64,000 bases of DNA from Candidatus Campbellbacteria bacterium (GTDB lineage Bacteria; Patescibacteriota; Minisyncoccia; Phycocordibacterales; GCA-2747955): positions 5,983 through 69,982 of the forward strand of contig PDQZ01000008.1 of NCBI GenBank assembly GCA_002747955.1, read 5' to 3'. Below the pieces are notes generated by a model. The model did not search any database, was not told the origin of the DNA, and saw nothing but the letters and a program-made list of their open reading frames with translations. This document shows, piece after piece, positions 45,853 through 56,454 of this stretch. Each line of letters opens with the position of its first letter. Position 1 is the stretch's first letter. A program made the translations under genes and the position numbers.

Positions 45853-47118
45853 ATGTTAGATATAAAATTTATAAGAGAAAATTTAGATGCTGTAAAAGCT
45901 GGTGCTAAAAAAAAGCATGTAGATATAAATTTGGACAAACTTGTAGAGCTTGATGATACAAGAAAAGATTTACAACAACAAATTGATACAAAAAAACAAC
46001 AACAAAATGAAAACTCATCAGATATTCCAAATTTAGAAGGAGACGAGAAGCAAGCAAAAATCCAAGAGCTTTCTGTTTTAAAAGCAGAAATTCAAGAATT
46101 GCAAGACAAATATAATCAAAATCAAAAAGAATGGAAAGCTTTAATGTTGCAAGTTCCGCAAATTCCAGCAGATGAAGTTCCAGAAGGAGATGATGATGCT
46201 GACAACAAAGAAATCAAAGTGTGGGGAGAAAAGCCACAATTTGATTTTGAACCAAAATCTCATATTGATCTTATGGAAGAGCTTGATATGGTAGATTTTA
46301 AAAGAGGATCAAAAATTCACGGTTTCAGAGGATACTATTTGAAAAATGATGGAGCGAAACTTTCTTGGGCTATTTGGAACTATGCAAACGAATTTTTTGG
46401 ACAAAAAGGTTTTGTACCAATGTTGCCACCTGCAATTGTGAAAGAAGAAAACTTGTATGGAACAGGGCACTTACCAAATGATGCCGAAGATGTTTATAAC
46501 ACTCAAGACAAAGACTACTTGATCGGGACAGCTGAAATCCCTGTAACAGGTTATCACTCAGGAGAAGTTTTACAAAACGGTGAACTTCCAAAAAAATACC
46601 TAGGATTTTCTCCTTGTTACAGAAGAGAAGCTGGGTCTTATGGAAAAGACACAAAAGGGCTAATTCGGGTACATGAGTTTTACAAAGTAGAACAAGTTAT
46701 TTTATGTCAGGCAAGTAAAGAAGAAACTCATAAGTTCCATGAATGGATAAACAGAAACACAGAAGAGTTTGTTGAAACTTTAGGTATTCCTTATCACACA
46801 GTTTTAAACTGTGGTGGAGATTTAGGGCAAGGACAAGTTAAAAAGTTTGATATTGAACTTTGGGTTCCAGGTGAAGAAACTTACAGAGAAATTTCATCAG
46901 CATCTTGTTTTTATGATTTTCAAGCAAGAAGATTTAATATAAGATATAAAGATCAAAATGGTGAGACAAAATTTGTTCATACATTAAACTCAACTGCTAT
47001 TCCAACTCCAAGAATTTTAGTTTCTTTGGTTGAAAACTTTCAAACAAAAGACGGGGAAATTATTATTCCAGAACCATTGAGAAAATATATGGACGGAAGA
47101 GAAAAAATTACAAAATAA
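45853..47118 (+). CDS. serS: seryl-tRNA synthetase
   Basis: MLDIKFIREN start, class II motifs FRREAGS, GGDLGQGQ; listed start 45817 lies in terminator T-run. Confidence 0.9.
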   Translation: MLDIKFIRENLDAVKAGAKKKHVDINLDKLVELDDTRKDLQQQIDTKKQQQNENSSDIPNLEGDEKQAKIQELSVLKAEIQELQDKYNQNQKEWKALMLQVPQIPADEVPEGDDDADNKEIKVWGEKPQFDFEPKSHIDLMEELDMVDFKRGSKIHGFRGYYLKNDGAKLSWAIWNYANEFFGQKGFVPMLPPAIVKEENLYGTGHLPNDAEDVYNTQDKDYLIGTAEIPVTGYHSGEVLQNGELPKKYLGFSPCYRREAGSYGKDTKGLIRVHEFYKVEQVILCQASKEETHKFHEWINRNTEEFVETLGIPYHTVLNCGGDLGQGQVKKFDIELWVPGEETYREISSASCFYDFQARRFNIRYKDQNGETKFVHTLNSTAIPTPRILVSLVENFQTKDGEIIIPEPLRKYMDGREKITK

Positions 47119-47140
47119 TTTAAAGTGGTTTTTGAGAAAT

Positions 47141-47233
47141 GAAAGCCCGAAATTTTGGCAGAATTTTTTGAAAAAGTTGAAAGGCTTTGCCTTTCAACTT
47201 TTTCAAAAAATTCTGCCAAAATTTCGGGCTTTC
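47141..47233. repeat. long perfect palindrome family B (copy B5)
   Basis: GAAAGCCCGAAATTTTGGCAGAATTTTTTGAAAAAGTTGAAAGG-CTTTG-mirror. Confidence 0.7.
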
Positions 47234-47268
47234 TATTTTTTAAACAAAATTATGTTATAATTTTAAGT

Positions 47269-48426
47269 ATGAAAAAACAAATAAAATTTATTTTAATTTT
47301 GATTACATTTTTGACATTTCCTTTATCTAGTTTTGCTTTTAACGCTGATAGTTTATTGGAAAAACTTTATGAAGATAATGGATTTAGTGCTCAAGACAGA
47401 GATAAAATAAAAAATCTAAATCAATATATAGCGATTGTGGGTGGTTATGAAAGTGGTGGTAAAAATATTAAAGTAAGGAATGGAGTTTCTTTAAACTCAA
47501 CTGCAGCAGGTTATTATCAAATGACAGAGACAACATTGTTTGGTTCAGGTGGCCTTTCTGGTGGTGTTGTTGGTTACATAAAACGCAAATTTGGAATTGA
47601 CATAACAGAAGGTAAAGAGCCTTATAAGCTTGGAGTTAGGGGTAGTGCAAATAGTAATAGACCAAATTATATACAAACCTTTTCAGAGAAAGAGCAGAGA
47701 GCAATAACGCTTGCTATGTGGAATTCAAAAGGAAGAATTTCATTAAAAAAGTTAACCGAACCAGGTGCTACCAAGGACAAATGGTTGATGTATGCTTATA
47801 ATCATCACGGAGTTAGGAGTAGTCATAGAAATCAAGATTTGAGAGCCACGAATGGTTTCAGGTCTTATATGGAAAAAAAATACGGACAAGTCATTGATGA
47901 TTCTTTTTTAACTGAAGGAGGGGGTTCTCCTGGTGGAGGGGATGATCCTGAATATACTTACTCACCAGAAGAGTTTGATGGGGTTTCTACCAGTGGTGAA
48001 CCGATTGACCCCATTTCTGTTTCTCAATTTGAAGCCGGTATTTCAGCCAGTATTGACTTAGACACAAAAGAACTTCTCGACCAAATCTGTGCAGCATCAA
48101 GAGAAACAGCAAATCAAGGTTTATTAAAATACGACGGAGTATGTGACCAAAAAAGTGGTATTCAAGGACTGTTCGACACAATCCAAGAAGTACTTTCATG
48201 GTTAATAAAAATAGCAATGGTAATTGCTGTGTTTGCACTATTTTACACAGGCTTTAAATTCATCGCAGCAAATGGAGAACCAGGTAAAATATCAGACGCA
48301 AAGAAAACATTAGTAAATGTAGTAATAGGATTATTCTTTATCCTTTCTGCATTCTTCATTGTTGACTTTGTATTTGACCTATTACTTATTGATCCTTCAT
48401 ATAAGTTTTTAAATAATGTTCAGTAA
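47269..48426 (+). CDS. secreted protein with C-terminal TrbC/VirB2-like two-TM domain (paralogous to 9350-9697 product)
   Basis: signal peptide; C-terminal IAMVIAVFALFYTGFKFIAANGEPG...AKKTLVNVVIGLFFILSAFFIV. Confidence 0.5.
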   Translation: MKKQIKFILILITFLTFPLSSFAFNADSLLEKLYEDNGFSAQDRDKIKNLNQYIAIVGGYESGGKNIKVRNGVSLNSTAAGYYQMTETTLFGSGGLSGGVVGYIKRKFGIDITEGKEPYKLGVRGSANSNRPNYIQTFSEKEQRAITLAMWNSKGRISLKKLTEPGATKDKWLMYAYNHHGVRSSHRNQDLRATNGFRSYMEKKYGQVIDDSFLTEGGGSPGGGDDPEYTYSPEEFDGVSTSGEPIDPISVSQFEAGISASIDLDTKELLDQICAASRETANQGLLKYDGVCDQKSGIQGLFDTIQEVLSWLIKIAMVIAVFALFYTGFKFIAANGEPGKISDAKKTLVNVVIGLFFILSAFFIVDFVFDLLLIDPSYKFLNNVQ

Positions 48427-48508
48427 AAATAAAAACCAAAATTTCGCGATGTGAAATTTTGGTTTTGTTTTGTACAATTAAAAGCTTTTTATGTTATAAT
48501 TTAAAATT

Positions 48509-49804
48509 ATGGAAGAAGTTTTAACTTTATTATCAAATCCTTCAAATCAAATATATCAAATATTTATTGCTTTATTTTTAGGTATATTTTTAGGATTAAG
48601 GAAAGAAATGTGGATTCAGAAAAACAAAACAGTGGCTGTTTTTGGTTTAAGAACAACTATTTTGATTGTAATGTTGGGAACAATATCAACTTTTTTTACA
48701 GATCTACCTTATTTACCAATTGTATTTTTTTTAGCAATTTTTACTTTCGTAGCTATTGCATATTTCAACGGAGTTTTTAAACTCAATCTGATTGGTTTAA
48801 CTTCAGAATTCCAAGCCCTTATTGCTTTTTGGATCGGAGTTTTGGTTGGCTACGAAAAAGTTTTCACAGCAATCATACTAACGGTTATTTTATCGATCCT
48901 GATGGCTTACAAAGAAAACTTTCACAATTTTGCTAAAAACTTTTCTTTAAAAGAGTATTCTGGTTCTTTAAAACTTTTAATTATTACAGCTGTTGTTTTA
49001 CCATTTTTACCAACCGAACCCATCGACCCTTGGGGAGTGTTTATTCCTTTCAATATTTGGTTAATTGTAATTTTCATCTCATCGATTGGTTTTATTGGTT
49101 ATTTTTTAAACAAATACTTTGGAAGTCGAAAATCAGTTATGTTAACTTCAGTTTTAGGATCTTTGGTTTCTTCAACTATTGTGACAACATCTTTAGCATC
49201 AAAATCTAAAACCTCAAATATTAAAATTTTGTCTATCGGAATTTTAATTTCAATTTTAGTTATGCAGATAAGAATTTTGATTGAAATTTTAACTTTACTT
49301 GGAGGATATTCAGAATTTAATTATATTTTTATTATTCCATCTATTTTTATGATTTTATCTTCTGTTATTCTGGTTTTCATTTATCGTAAAAAGTATTGTC
49401 GCGCCGAAAATATAAAAGATTTTAAACACAAGTTAGAGGTTAAATCACCTTTTGAAATACTTCCTGCTTTAAAATTCGGTTTTCTATTTTCAGCTATTTT
49501 GTTTGCAATTTACTTTGGAAACAAATATTTTGGACAAATTGGTGGTTATTTTGTAGTCTTTTTGTCTTCTTTTACAGATGCAGATGCAGTAGTTTTATCA
49601 ACCGCTGAATCTTTTAAAACAGGGGGGGCAACAGGAACTTTTTTAGCTTATACAATTTTAATAGCGACTGTTTTAAATACTTTGGTTAAATCTTTATACA
49701 TTTATTTAATTGGTGGAAAGGAAATTTTTAAATTAACACTTTTACCAATTGTCTTAATTTCACTTTCAGGTATTTTATCGTTTTTTATATTTATCAGTAT
49801 CTAA
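48509..49804 (+). CDS. polytopic integral membrane protein (possibly MgtC/DUF4010-like)
   Basis: 10 or more TM helices; TATAAT before ATG. Confidence 0.35.
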   Translation: MEEVLTLLSNPSNQIYQIFIALFLGIFLGLRKEMWIQKNKTVAVFGLRTTILIVMLGTISTFFTDLPYLPIVFFLAIFTFVAIAYFNGVFKLNLIGLTSEFQALIAFWIGVLVGYEKVFTAIILTVILSILMAYKENFHNFAKNFSLKEYSGSLKLLIITAVVLPFLPTEPIDPWGVFIPFNIWLIVIFISSIGFIGYFLNKYFGSRKSVMLTSVLGSLVSSTIVTTSLASKSKTSNIKILSIGILISILVMQIRILIEILTLLGGYSEFNYIFIIPSIFMILSSVILVFIYRKKYCRAENIKDFKHKLEVKSPFEILPALKFGFLFSAILFAIYFGNKYFGQIGGYFVVFLSSFTDADAVVLSTAESFKTGGATGTFLAYTILIATVLNTLVKSLYIYLIGGKEIFKLTLLPIVLISLSGILSFFIFISI

Positions 49805-49857
49805 ATGTTAAAAAATTAAAACTTCCACACTTATTTTTTATATGTTAAAATATTTAC

Positions 49858-50376
49858 ATGACAAAAAAAGAAATAAAATCAAAATTTGAAGGAAAAAAAG
49901 CAAAAGCTTTTTGTTTAAAAAATCAAAACGAAGAAAAAATTTGTTTAAAAGATTTCCAAAAAGGTGGAGAATTTGGAGGTAAAGAAGGAAAAAAAGTTTT
50001 ACTTTACTTTTACCCAAAAGACTTAACTTCAGGGTGCACAATCGAATCAGTTTCATTTACCAAAATGAAAAAGAATTTCCAAAATCAAAACACAGTTATT
50101 TTAGGAATTTCAAAAGACTCTATTGAACTTCACAAAAAATTTATTAAAAAAGAAAAACTTAAAAATGACCTTCTTTCAGACGAAGAACACAAAGTTTTAG
50201 AAAAATACGGTGTTTGGCAAGAAAAATCAATGTTCGGAAAAAAGTATATGGGAGTATCAAGAGAATCATTTTTGATTGATGAAAACGGAAAAGTTTTAAA
50301 ACATTTCCAAACAGTAAAACCAAAAACTCACGCACAAGAAGTTCTAGATTTTTTAAAAGCTTTAAAAAAGAAATAA
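49858..50376 (+). CDS. bcp: peroxiredoxin Bcp/PrxQ-type thiol peroxidase
   Basis: LLYFYPKDLTSGCTIE. Confidence 0.8.
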   Translation: MTKKEIKSKFEGKKAKAFCLKNQNEEKICLKDFQKGGEFGGKEGKKVLLYFYPKDLTSGCTIESVSFTKMKKNFQNQNTVILGISKDSIELHKKFIKKEKLKNDLLSDEEHKVLEKYGVWQEKSMFGKKYMGVSRESFLIDENGKVLKHFQTVKPKTHAQEVLDFLKALKKK

Positions 50377-50467
50377 CAAAATAAAAACCCAAAATTTTCA
50401 ACTTAATTTTGGGTTTTTTCTCCCCGTAAGTCCTTGCCAAAAGTTTGTTTTTGGTGTATAATATTTT

Positions 50468-51847
50468 TTGATGAAAAGAGAAAAGTTATTAAGAAAAGAT
50501 GGAAAAGTTTTTGTTGTAAAAAAAAGAAGAAATCTTTTTTCTTTTTTGTTTTCTTTTATAAAAGATTATTTACACTTTTGTTTAAGCATTTTTTTGTTTG
50601 TGCCTAAAAAAGTTTCTGCGTTTTTTAAAAATTTTTTGAAAAGTTTCGGACAAAAAAGAGCTTTGAAAAAAGAATTTAAAAAAGAACTTGATTTAGAAAA
50701 AGAAAAACTAAAACAAAAAGAAAAAGAAAAGGAAGAAGTTTTAAGACAAATTCAAATTCAAAAAGAAGAACTTGATTTTGAAAAACAAAGAAGGGAACTT
50801 TTGAAACAAAAAGAGATTTTAGAAAAAGAGCTTGAAGAAAAAAGAAGAAAAAAAGAAGCTGAAATTCAAGAAGAAAAGGCTAGGCTTGAAAGTTTAAAAA
50901 AAGAAAAGCTAGAGTTGAAAGAAAAAGAAGAAAAGGAAGAAGAAGAAAGGTATTTAAAAAAAGAGCAAAATGACTTTCAAGATGAAGTTTTAACCCAAAA
51001 CTCAGTGAGTATTAAAAAAGAAAACTTTATTTTAAGATTTTTTAAAACTATTTTTAGATATATAAATGAATATTTCTTGTTTATTTATCGGGTTTTTAGA
51101 TTTATTTTAATTTTACCAATTTTGATTATTCGTTTTATCAAAAAATATTTAAGAAAGTTTAAAAACTTTTTTTTAGGTATATTTTCAAAAATAGGAAAAT
51201 CATTTTCAAATCAAAAAACAAAACTTTCAAACAAGGTTCAAGGCGGGTTTGAAAATTTAAAAGATAAATTTAAAAAAGAACAGGTTGAAGAAACTCAAGT
51301 TGAAGTTTTAGAAGAAAAAACACAAAGACAAGGTTTTGAAGAGCTTGAAGAAAAAGCAGAAGAAATTGAGGTTAAAAATTTTAGTCAAAACTCTAACCAA
51401 AAATTTAGTCAAAATTTTAGTCAAAATCCGGAAGCTAAAATTCAAAATTCAGATGTGAAAATTTCAGAAGGTGCTTTAAGTTTAAATTTGAAAAATAAAT
51501 TTGATTTTTCAAATTCAAAAATTTTAAATAAAATTTCAAATATTGATATTAAAAATCAAACAGTTAAAAAAACTTTAGATGTTGGTTTTGACGTAACTAA
51601 AAAAGCTTTGAAAAAAGACAATTTTGAAATCTTTACAGAAAAAAGCGATGACTACAGAGTTGACTTTGCCATTATCGGTGGAATATCACTTTTTGTTTTA
51701 TACGTTTTACCACTTTTTGATTTTCTAAAACCGTATATGCTGGAAATTTACTTTTTGTTGTGTTTATTTATTTTGCTTTATTGTTTACATTATTTTATAA
51801 TAGTATTTAATGACACAAAAGAAGTTCAAAAAGATAGTTCAAAATAG
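50468..51847 (+). CDS. KE-rich coiled-coil membrane protein (hypothetical)
   Basis: long KEKEKEE repeats, C-terminal TM helices. Confidence 0.4.
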   Translation: MMKREKLLRKDGKVFVVKKRRNLFSFLFSFIKDYLHFCLSIFLFVPKKVSAFFKNFLKSFGQKRALKKEFKKELDLEKEKLKQKEKEKEEVLRQIQIQKEELDFEKQRRELLKQKEILEKELEEKRRKKEAEIQEEKARLESLKKEKLELKEKEEKEEEERYLKKEQNDFQDEVLTQNSVSIKKENFILRFFKTIFRYINEYFLFIYRVFRFILILPILIIRFIKKYLRKFKNFFLGIFSKIGKSFSNQKTKLSNKVQGGFENLKDKFKKEQVEETQVEVLEEKTQRQGFEELEEKAEEIEVKNFSQNSNQKFSQNFSQNPEAKIQNSDVKISEGALSLNLKNKFDFSNSKILNKISNIDIKNQTVKKTLDVGFDVTKKALKKDNFEIFTEKSDDYRVDFAIIGGISLFVLYVLPLFDFLKPYMLEIYFLLCLFILLYCLHYFIIVFNDTKEVQKDSSK

Positions 51848-53366
51848 AATAAAGACAATCCAAAAACCAGAAAATAGAACACTTAAAAACATTTTATTTG
51901 TTGTTTTTTTGGTTTTCTTTTTTTTGGCAGCTTTTGTCTATTTTAAAAACTCGGGTTTACAAAAACAAATCGTTTTAAGTGCTGAAGAAAATCAAGTGCT
52001 ATTTGACATTTTTGAAGATGCACGAAACAAAAATTCAAAAAAAAATATTGAAATTTTTGTTAAAAATTTTTTGAAGTTAAAAGAAGAAAAATGTTTGAAA
52101 ATTGAAATTCAAAAAGATGTTTTTTGTGATTTGAAAAACGAAAGTGCTAAAGAGTGTTTGTTGAAAACCGAGATTTTGAATTTTAACCCAACTTGTGTTT
52201 TGTATAAATCGTTTCATTTAAAAAAACCTCAAAATATTAAAGCTATTTACTATTCAGCATACGCAGCAGCCAGTGCTAAAAAAATTGACTATTTAATTGA
52301 ACTTGCTGAAAAGTCAGACATCAACGCAGTTGTGATTGATATTAAAGAAGCCGATGGGGGACTTTCTGTTAAAATTCCAACAGACGGTTTTGAAATTAAA
52401 CCTAAAATTTTAAATATTATTAAAAATCCAAAAGCCTTAATTGAGAAGTTACATCAAAAAGGTATTTATGTTATTGCAAGGGTTGTGGTTTTTAAAGATA
52501 AAAATCTTGTAAGACAGTATCCTGAATTTGCTGTTAAAAGATCTGATCAAAAAACAATCTGGAAAGACCACAGACATAAAACTTGGCTTGATGCTAATAA
52601 TCCGAAAGTTTGGGATTATATCGCTGAGATTTCAAAACAGGTTTACCTTTTGGGATTTGATGAGGTTAACTTGGACTATGTGCGTTTTCCGTCTGATGGT
52701 CCGATGAGAGATATTTATTATCCTTATTCAAATTCTGAAATTGTAAAATCACCAAGATGGGGAAGGGCCAAAGTGATGGACGATTTTTATTTTTATTATA
52801 CCCAAAAATTAAGAAAGACATTTCCTGAAATTCAGCTTTCAGCAGATGTTTTTGGACAGGTTGCTTTAAACTGGGACGATGTTTCAATTGGACAAATTTT
52901 AGAGTCAGCAGTGCTTTATTTTGATGGGATTTATCCAATGGCATATCCTTCTCATTACTCTTGGAGATTTTTACCTCAGTACACAGATGGTCCAGACAAT
53001 CATCCGTATGAAGTGATTGAAAAAACGATTAAAGCTTCTGATAAAAAAATTGAAGATTTAAATCAGAAAATTGCTTGGTCAATTGAAAATAAAAAACCGT
53101 TAACTATAAGGCCAGGTGTGGTTTCAAAAATCAAACCTGAAGATTTGAAAATTATTCAAAAAAATAAAGTTAAGTTTTGGTTGCAAGCATTTTATTGTTC
53201 TTGGTGTCGAAATTCAAAACCGTATGGATTAACTGAGATTTTGTTACAGAAGAAAGCTTTGGAAGACAGCGGGCATCATAACTGGCTTTTCTGGAATGCT
53301 TCATCTAGGTATAAAGAAAGTCATTTTGTTACACAAGAAAATGAGTGGGAAAGCATGGAAGGTTAG
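51810..53366 (+). CDS. membrane-anchored putative glycoside-hydrolase-like TIM-barrel protein (GHL10/YngK-like)
   Basis: N-terminal TM; conserved-looking core AVVIDIKEADGG...ARVVVFKD...LGFDEVNLDYVRFP. Confidence 0.35.
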   Translation: MTQKKFKKIVQNRIKTIQKPENRTLKNILFVVFLVFFFLAAFVYFKNSGLQKQIVLSAEENQVLFDIFEDARNKNSKKNIEIFVKNFLKLKEEKCLKIEIQKDVFCDLKNESAKECLLKTEILNFNPTCVLYKSFHLKKPQNIKAIYYSAYAAASAKKIDYLIELAEKSDINAVVIDIKEADGGLSVKIPTDGFEIKPKILNIIKNPKALIEKLHQKGIYVIARVVVFKDKNLVRQYPEFAVKRSDQKTIWKDHRHKTWLDANNPKVWDYIAEISKQVYLLGFDEVNLDYVRFPSDGPMRDIYYPYSNSEIVKSPRWGRAKVMDDFYFYYTQKLRKTFPEIQLSADVFGQVALNWDDVSIGQILESAVLYFDGIYPMAYPSHYSWRFLPQYTDGPDNHPYEVIEKTIKASDKKIEDLNQKIAWSIENKKPLTIRPGVVSKIKPEDLKIIQKNKVKFWLQAFYCSWCRNSKPYGLTEILLQKKALEDSGHHNWLFWNASSRYKESHFVTQENEWESMEG

Positions 53367-53378
53367 TGGTTGGTGAAA

Positions 53379-53473
53379 ACAAAGCCCGAAATTTTGGAGT
53401 AAATTTTTAGAAAAAAGAACAAGCGACGCTTGTTCTTTTTTCTAAAAATTTACTCCAAAATTTCGGGCTTTGT
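53379..53473. repeat. long perfect palindrome family B (copy B6)
   Basis: near-identical to B4 with paired compensatory substitutions. Confidence 0.7.
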
Positions 53474-53527
53474 TTCTGTCTATTTTCACCACTCATTTTG
53501 CCACCAAAAGTATTCCACAACTTATCA

Positions 53528-53556
53528 AGTGCGCCCAAAGGGTGCACTTGACTTTT
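53528..53556 (+). promoter_or_regulatory. consensus sigma-70-type rRNA promoter TTGACT-17-TATAAT
   Basis: exact hexamers with 17-bp spacer about 125 nt upstream of 16S 5' end. Confidence 0.6.
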
Positions 53557-53679
53557 TTTGGAAAATAAAATATAATACTTGGCACTGTTTTACACTTTAA
53601 ATGTAAACAGAAAGTTCGTTGAAAATAAAATATTGTAAGGTTATAGCAAAAGAAATTTTTCTTTTGCTCCGTCTAATTT

Positions 53680-55170
53680 AATTATAAGAGTTTGATCCTA
53701 GCTCAGGATGAATGCTGGCTGTGTGGATAAGGCATGCAAGTCGAATGCATTTAGTTGCATGGCGGACGAGGTAGTAACACGTAGGACTACGTACCCCAAA
53801 GTCAGGGATAACCCATCGAAAGGTGGGATAATACTTGATATCTCTTCGGAGGAAAGATTTATCGCTTTGGGAACGGCCTGCGGAGTATCAGCTAGTTGGT
53901 AAGGTAATGGCTTACCAAGGCTACGACGCTTAGGGGAGGTGAGAGCCTGACCCCCACCGATGGGACTGAGACACGGCCCATACTCCTACGGGAGGCCGCA
54001 GTCGAGAATCTTCCACAATGGACGAAAGTCTGATGGAGCGACACAGCGTGATGGATGAAGTTCATAAGAATGTAAACATCTTTTATATGTGAAAAAGTTT
54101 ATTGATATTAACATATGAATAAGGGGTTGCTAACTACGTGCCAGCAGCAGCGGTAATACGTAGGCCCCGAGCATTATCCGGAATCATTGGGCGTAAAGGG
54201 TCCGTAGGCGGTTTAATTAGTCTTTCGTTAAAGCACCAGGCTCAACCTGGGACAGGCGAAGGAAACGGTTAAACTAGAATCAAAAAGAGGTGTGTGGAAC
54301 TCATAGTGTAGGGGTGAAATCCGTTGATATTATGGGGAACACCAAAAGCGAAGGCAACACACTGGTTTTGTATTGACGCTGAGGGACGAAACCCTGGGTA
54401 GCGAATGGGATTAGATACCCCAGTAGTCCAGGGCCTAAACGATGCATACTAGCTTTTTAAATTTCAATCATTTAAGAGGCGAAGCTAACGCGTTAAGTAT
54501 GCCGCCTGGGGAGTACGGTCGCAAGGCTAAAACTCAAAGGAATAGACGGGGACTCGCACAAGTAGTGGATCATGTGGCTTAATTCGTAGGTACACGAAGA
54601 ACCTTACCCAGATTAGATATTATATTCATGCTACACATTGGAGACAAATAGTAGATATTGTGGTATAACAGGTGTTGCATGGCCGTCGTCAGTTCGTGGC
54701 TTGAGCTGTTCCTTTAAGTAGGGAAACGAACGCAACCCTCATCGTTTGTTATAAGTGTCAAACGAGACTGCCTCGCCTTAAGTTTTTAAATAAAATTTTG
54801 AAGATTTAAGGCGGGGAGGAAGGTGGGGATGACGCCAGGTCAGCATGACCCTTGATGTCTGGGGCTGCACACGTGATACAATGGGCAGGACAACAAGACG
54901 CAATACGGCAACGTGGAGCAAATCTTTCAAACCTGTCCTAAGTTCGGATCGGGGGCTGAAACTCGACCCCGTGAAGTTGGAATTACTAGTAATCGCAGGT
55001 CAGCTATACTGCGGTGAATATGTTCTCGAGTCTTGTACTCACCGCCCGTCAAGTCAAGGGAGTTGGGAGTACCCAAAGTTCGTGTTTATCACGACCTAAG
55101 GTAAGCTCAGTAACAGGGACTAAGTCGTAACAAGGCACGGCTAGCGGAAGCTGGTCGTGGATTATTTCAA
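53680..55170 (+). rRNA. rrs: 16S ribosomal RNA, complete, not followed by tRNA or 23S within 500 nt
   Basis: AGAGTTTGATCCTAGCTCAG 5' end; GTGCCAGCAGCAGCGGTAATAC; GGATTAGATACCC; ...AAGTCGTAACAAGG...GGATTATTTC 3' end lacking CCTCC. Confidence 0.95.
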
Positions 55171-55344
55171 AGAAGATGGTCATAAATGACTTTATTGGTT
55201 GAAACAATTCTATAATTGTTAGACTTTCATCTGGAGTCTTTAAATCAGATGCGCTTATAGTAAGATATGCGACACTTCTAATTAGTCGGGGCACAAGAAA
55301 GATTTTTTTCTATAACCAATCACTAAATTACAATATTTTATTTC

Positions 55345-55480
55345 AAAAAACTGCAGAAATTGGCGAAAATCTTTGTCAATTTTATAAAAAAAAACTCTCA
55401 CCGTATATTTAATACGGCTCGAGATTTTTTTTATTCATTTCCTCGATTCTCATCCAATTTCTGCTGTTTTTTAACTTTTT
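55345..55480 (+). repeat. MITE-like repeat family A, copy A7 (TIRs AAAACTGCAGAAATTGG / CCAATTTCTGCTGTTTT with compensatory change)
   Basis: seen in sequence. Confidence 0.6.
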
Positions 55481-55667
55481 AAAAAACACCAAAAGGTGTT
55501 TTTTTGTATTAAATTTAATAATTATTAAGGCAAGACCTGTTAACTGATTTTCGGGTATAGTACAAACCAAAAAAAGCTTAAAAAATAAAGCAAAGAAGCA
55601 AAAATATTAGCTTGTTTTATCAACCTCTTTACTGTATAATGTATCTATTATAAACAATAATAAATAT

Positions 55668-56417
55668 ATGAATAAAATAAGTATAAAAAATATTTTCAAA
55701 AAATCTTGGGAAGATTTTAAAAAGAATTGGGTTGCTATTTTAGCAGCTTGTCTTACAATTATTATAATTTCTGGAGTAGGAAATTATTTTGCTGGTGGAA
55801 TGATTGACATGAATATGGCTGAGCTAGGAACAGTAGAAAGTCTTAAAGCCTTTGGTGCAAAAGAATTTGTAATTGCTTTAGTTTTTGCTTTAGTGCTTGT
55901 CTTTTTAGAAATCACATTTTTAAGATCTTGGCTAAAAATTGCAGATGGTAAAAAAACAAGTTTCACAGATTTCTTTACAAACATTGATGGAGCAGGAAAC
56001 TACTTTAAATTTATCGGAACAGCAATTTTAGTTGGGGTTTTAGTTGCAGTGCCTACATATTTACTAGGACTTTTGGTATTTAAGGTTATTGACCCTCAAA
56101 CATCTGTGATGGGGGTGGGAGTAGGAGGCATGATAGTTTCACTGATTTCATTTGTAATTTCATTCTTCTTTATGTTTGCTGTGATTTTCTCAGCAGAAAA
56201 CAGATACCATTTTTTAACTGCGATTAAAAAATCATTTGGAATTATAAGTAAAAATTTTGGATCAGTAATTGCATTACTTTTTGCAATGATGGGATTAAAC
56301 TTATTAGGAATGATTCCTTTGGGACTTGGTTTGATCATTACAGTTCCAGTATCAGTTTTGATGAGTGCACACTTTTATAGACTTGCAGATCAAGAAATGA
56401 AAGCTGTTGAGGAATAA
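55668..56417 (+). CDS. polytopic membrane protein (hypothetical)
   Basis: multiple TM helices; terminator AAAAAACACCGAAAGGTGTTTTTT follows. Confidence 0.45.
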   Translation: MNKISIKNIFKKSWEDFKKNWVAILAACLTIIIISGVGNYFAGGMIDMNMAELGTVESLKAFGAKEFVIALVFALVLVFLEITFLRSWLKIADGKKTSFTDFFTNIDGAGNYFKFIGTAILVGVLVAVPTYLLGLLVFKVIDPQTSVMGVGVGGMIVSLISFVISFFFMFAVIFSAENRYHFLTAIKKSFGIISKNFGSVIALLFAMMGLNLLGMIPLGLGLIITVPVSVLMSAHFYRLADQEMKAVEE

Positions 56418-56454
56418 AAAGATAAAAAACACCGAAAGGTGTTTTTTATTAAAA

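Noticed and set aside
53680-55170. Self-splicing intron or large insertion in 16S, as is common in CPR
   Set aside because: Total length about 1490 nt with all conserved helices contiguous; AT-rich variable regions look like normal expansions, not introns.
55171-55660. 23S or 5S rRNA or tRNA-Ile/Ala downstream of 16S
   Set aside because: No rRNA- or tRNA-like conserved motifs; region contains a family-A repeat and the promoter of a membrane-protein gene.
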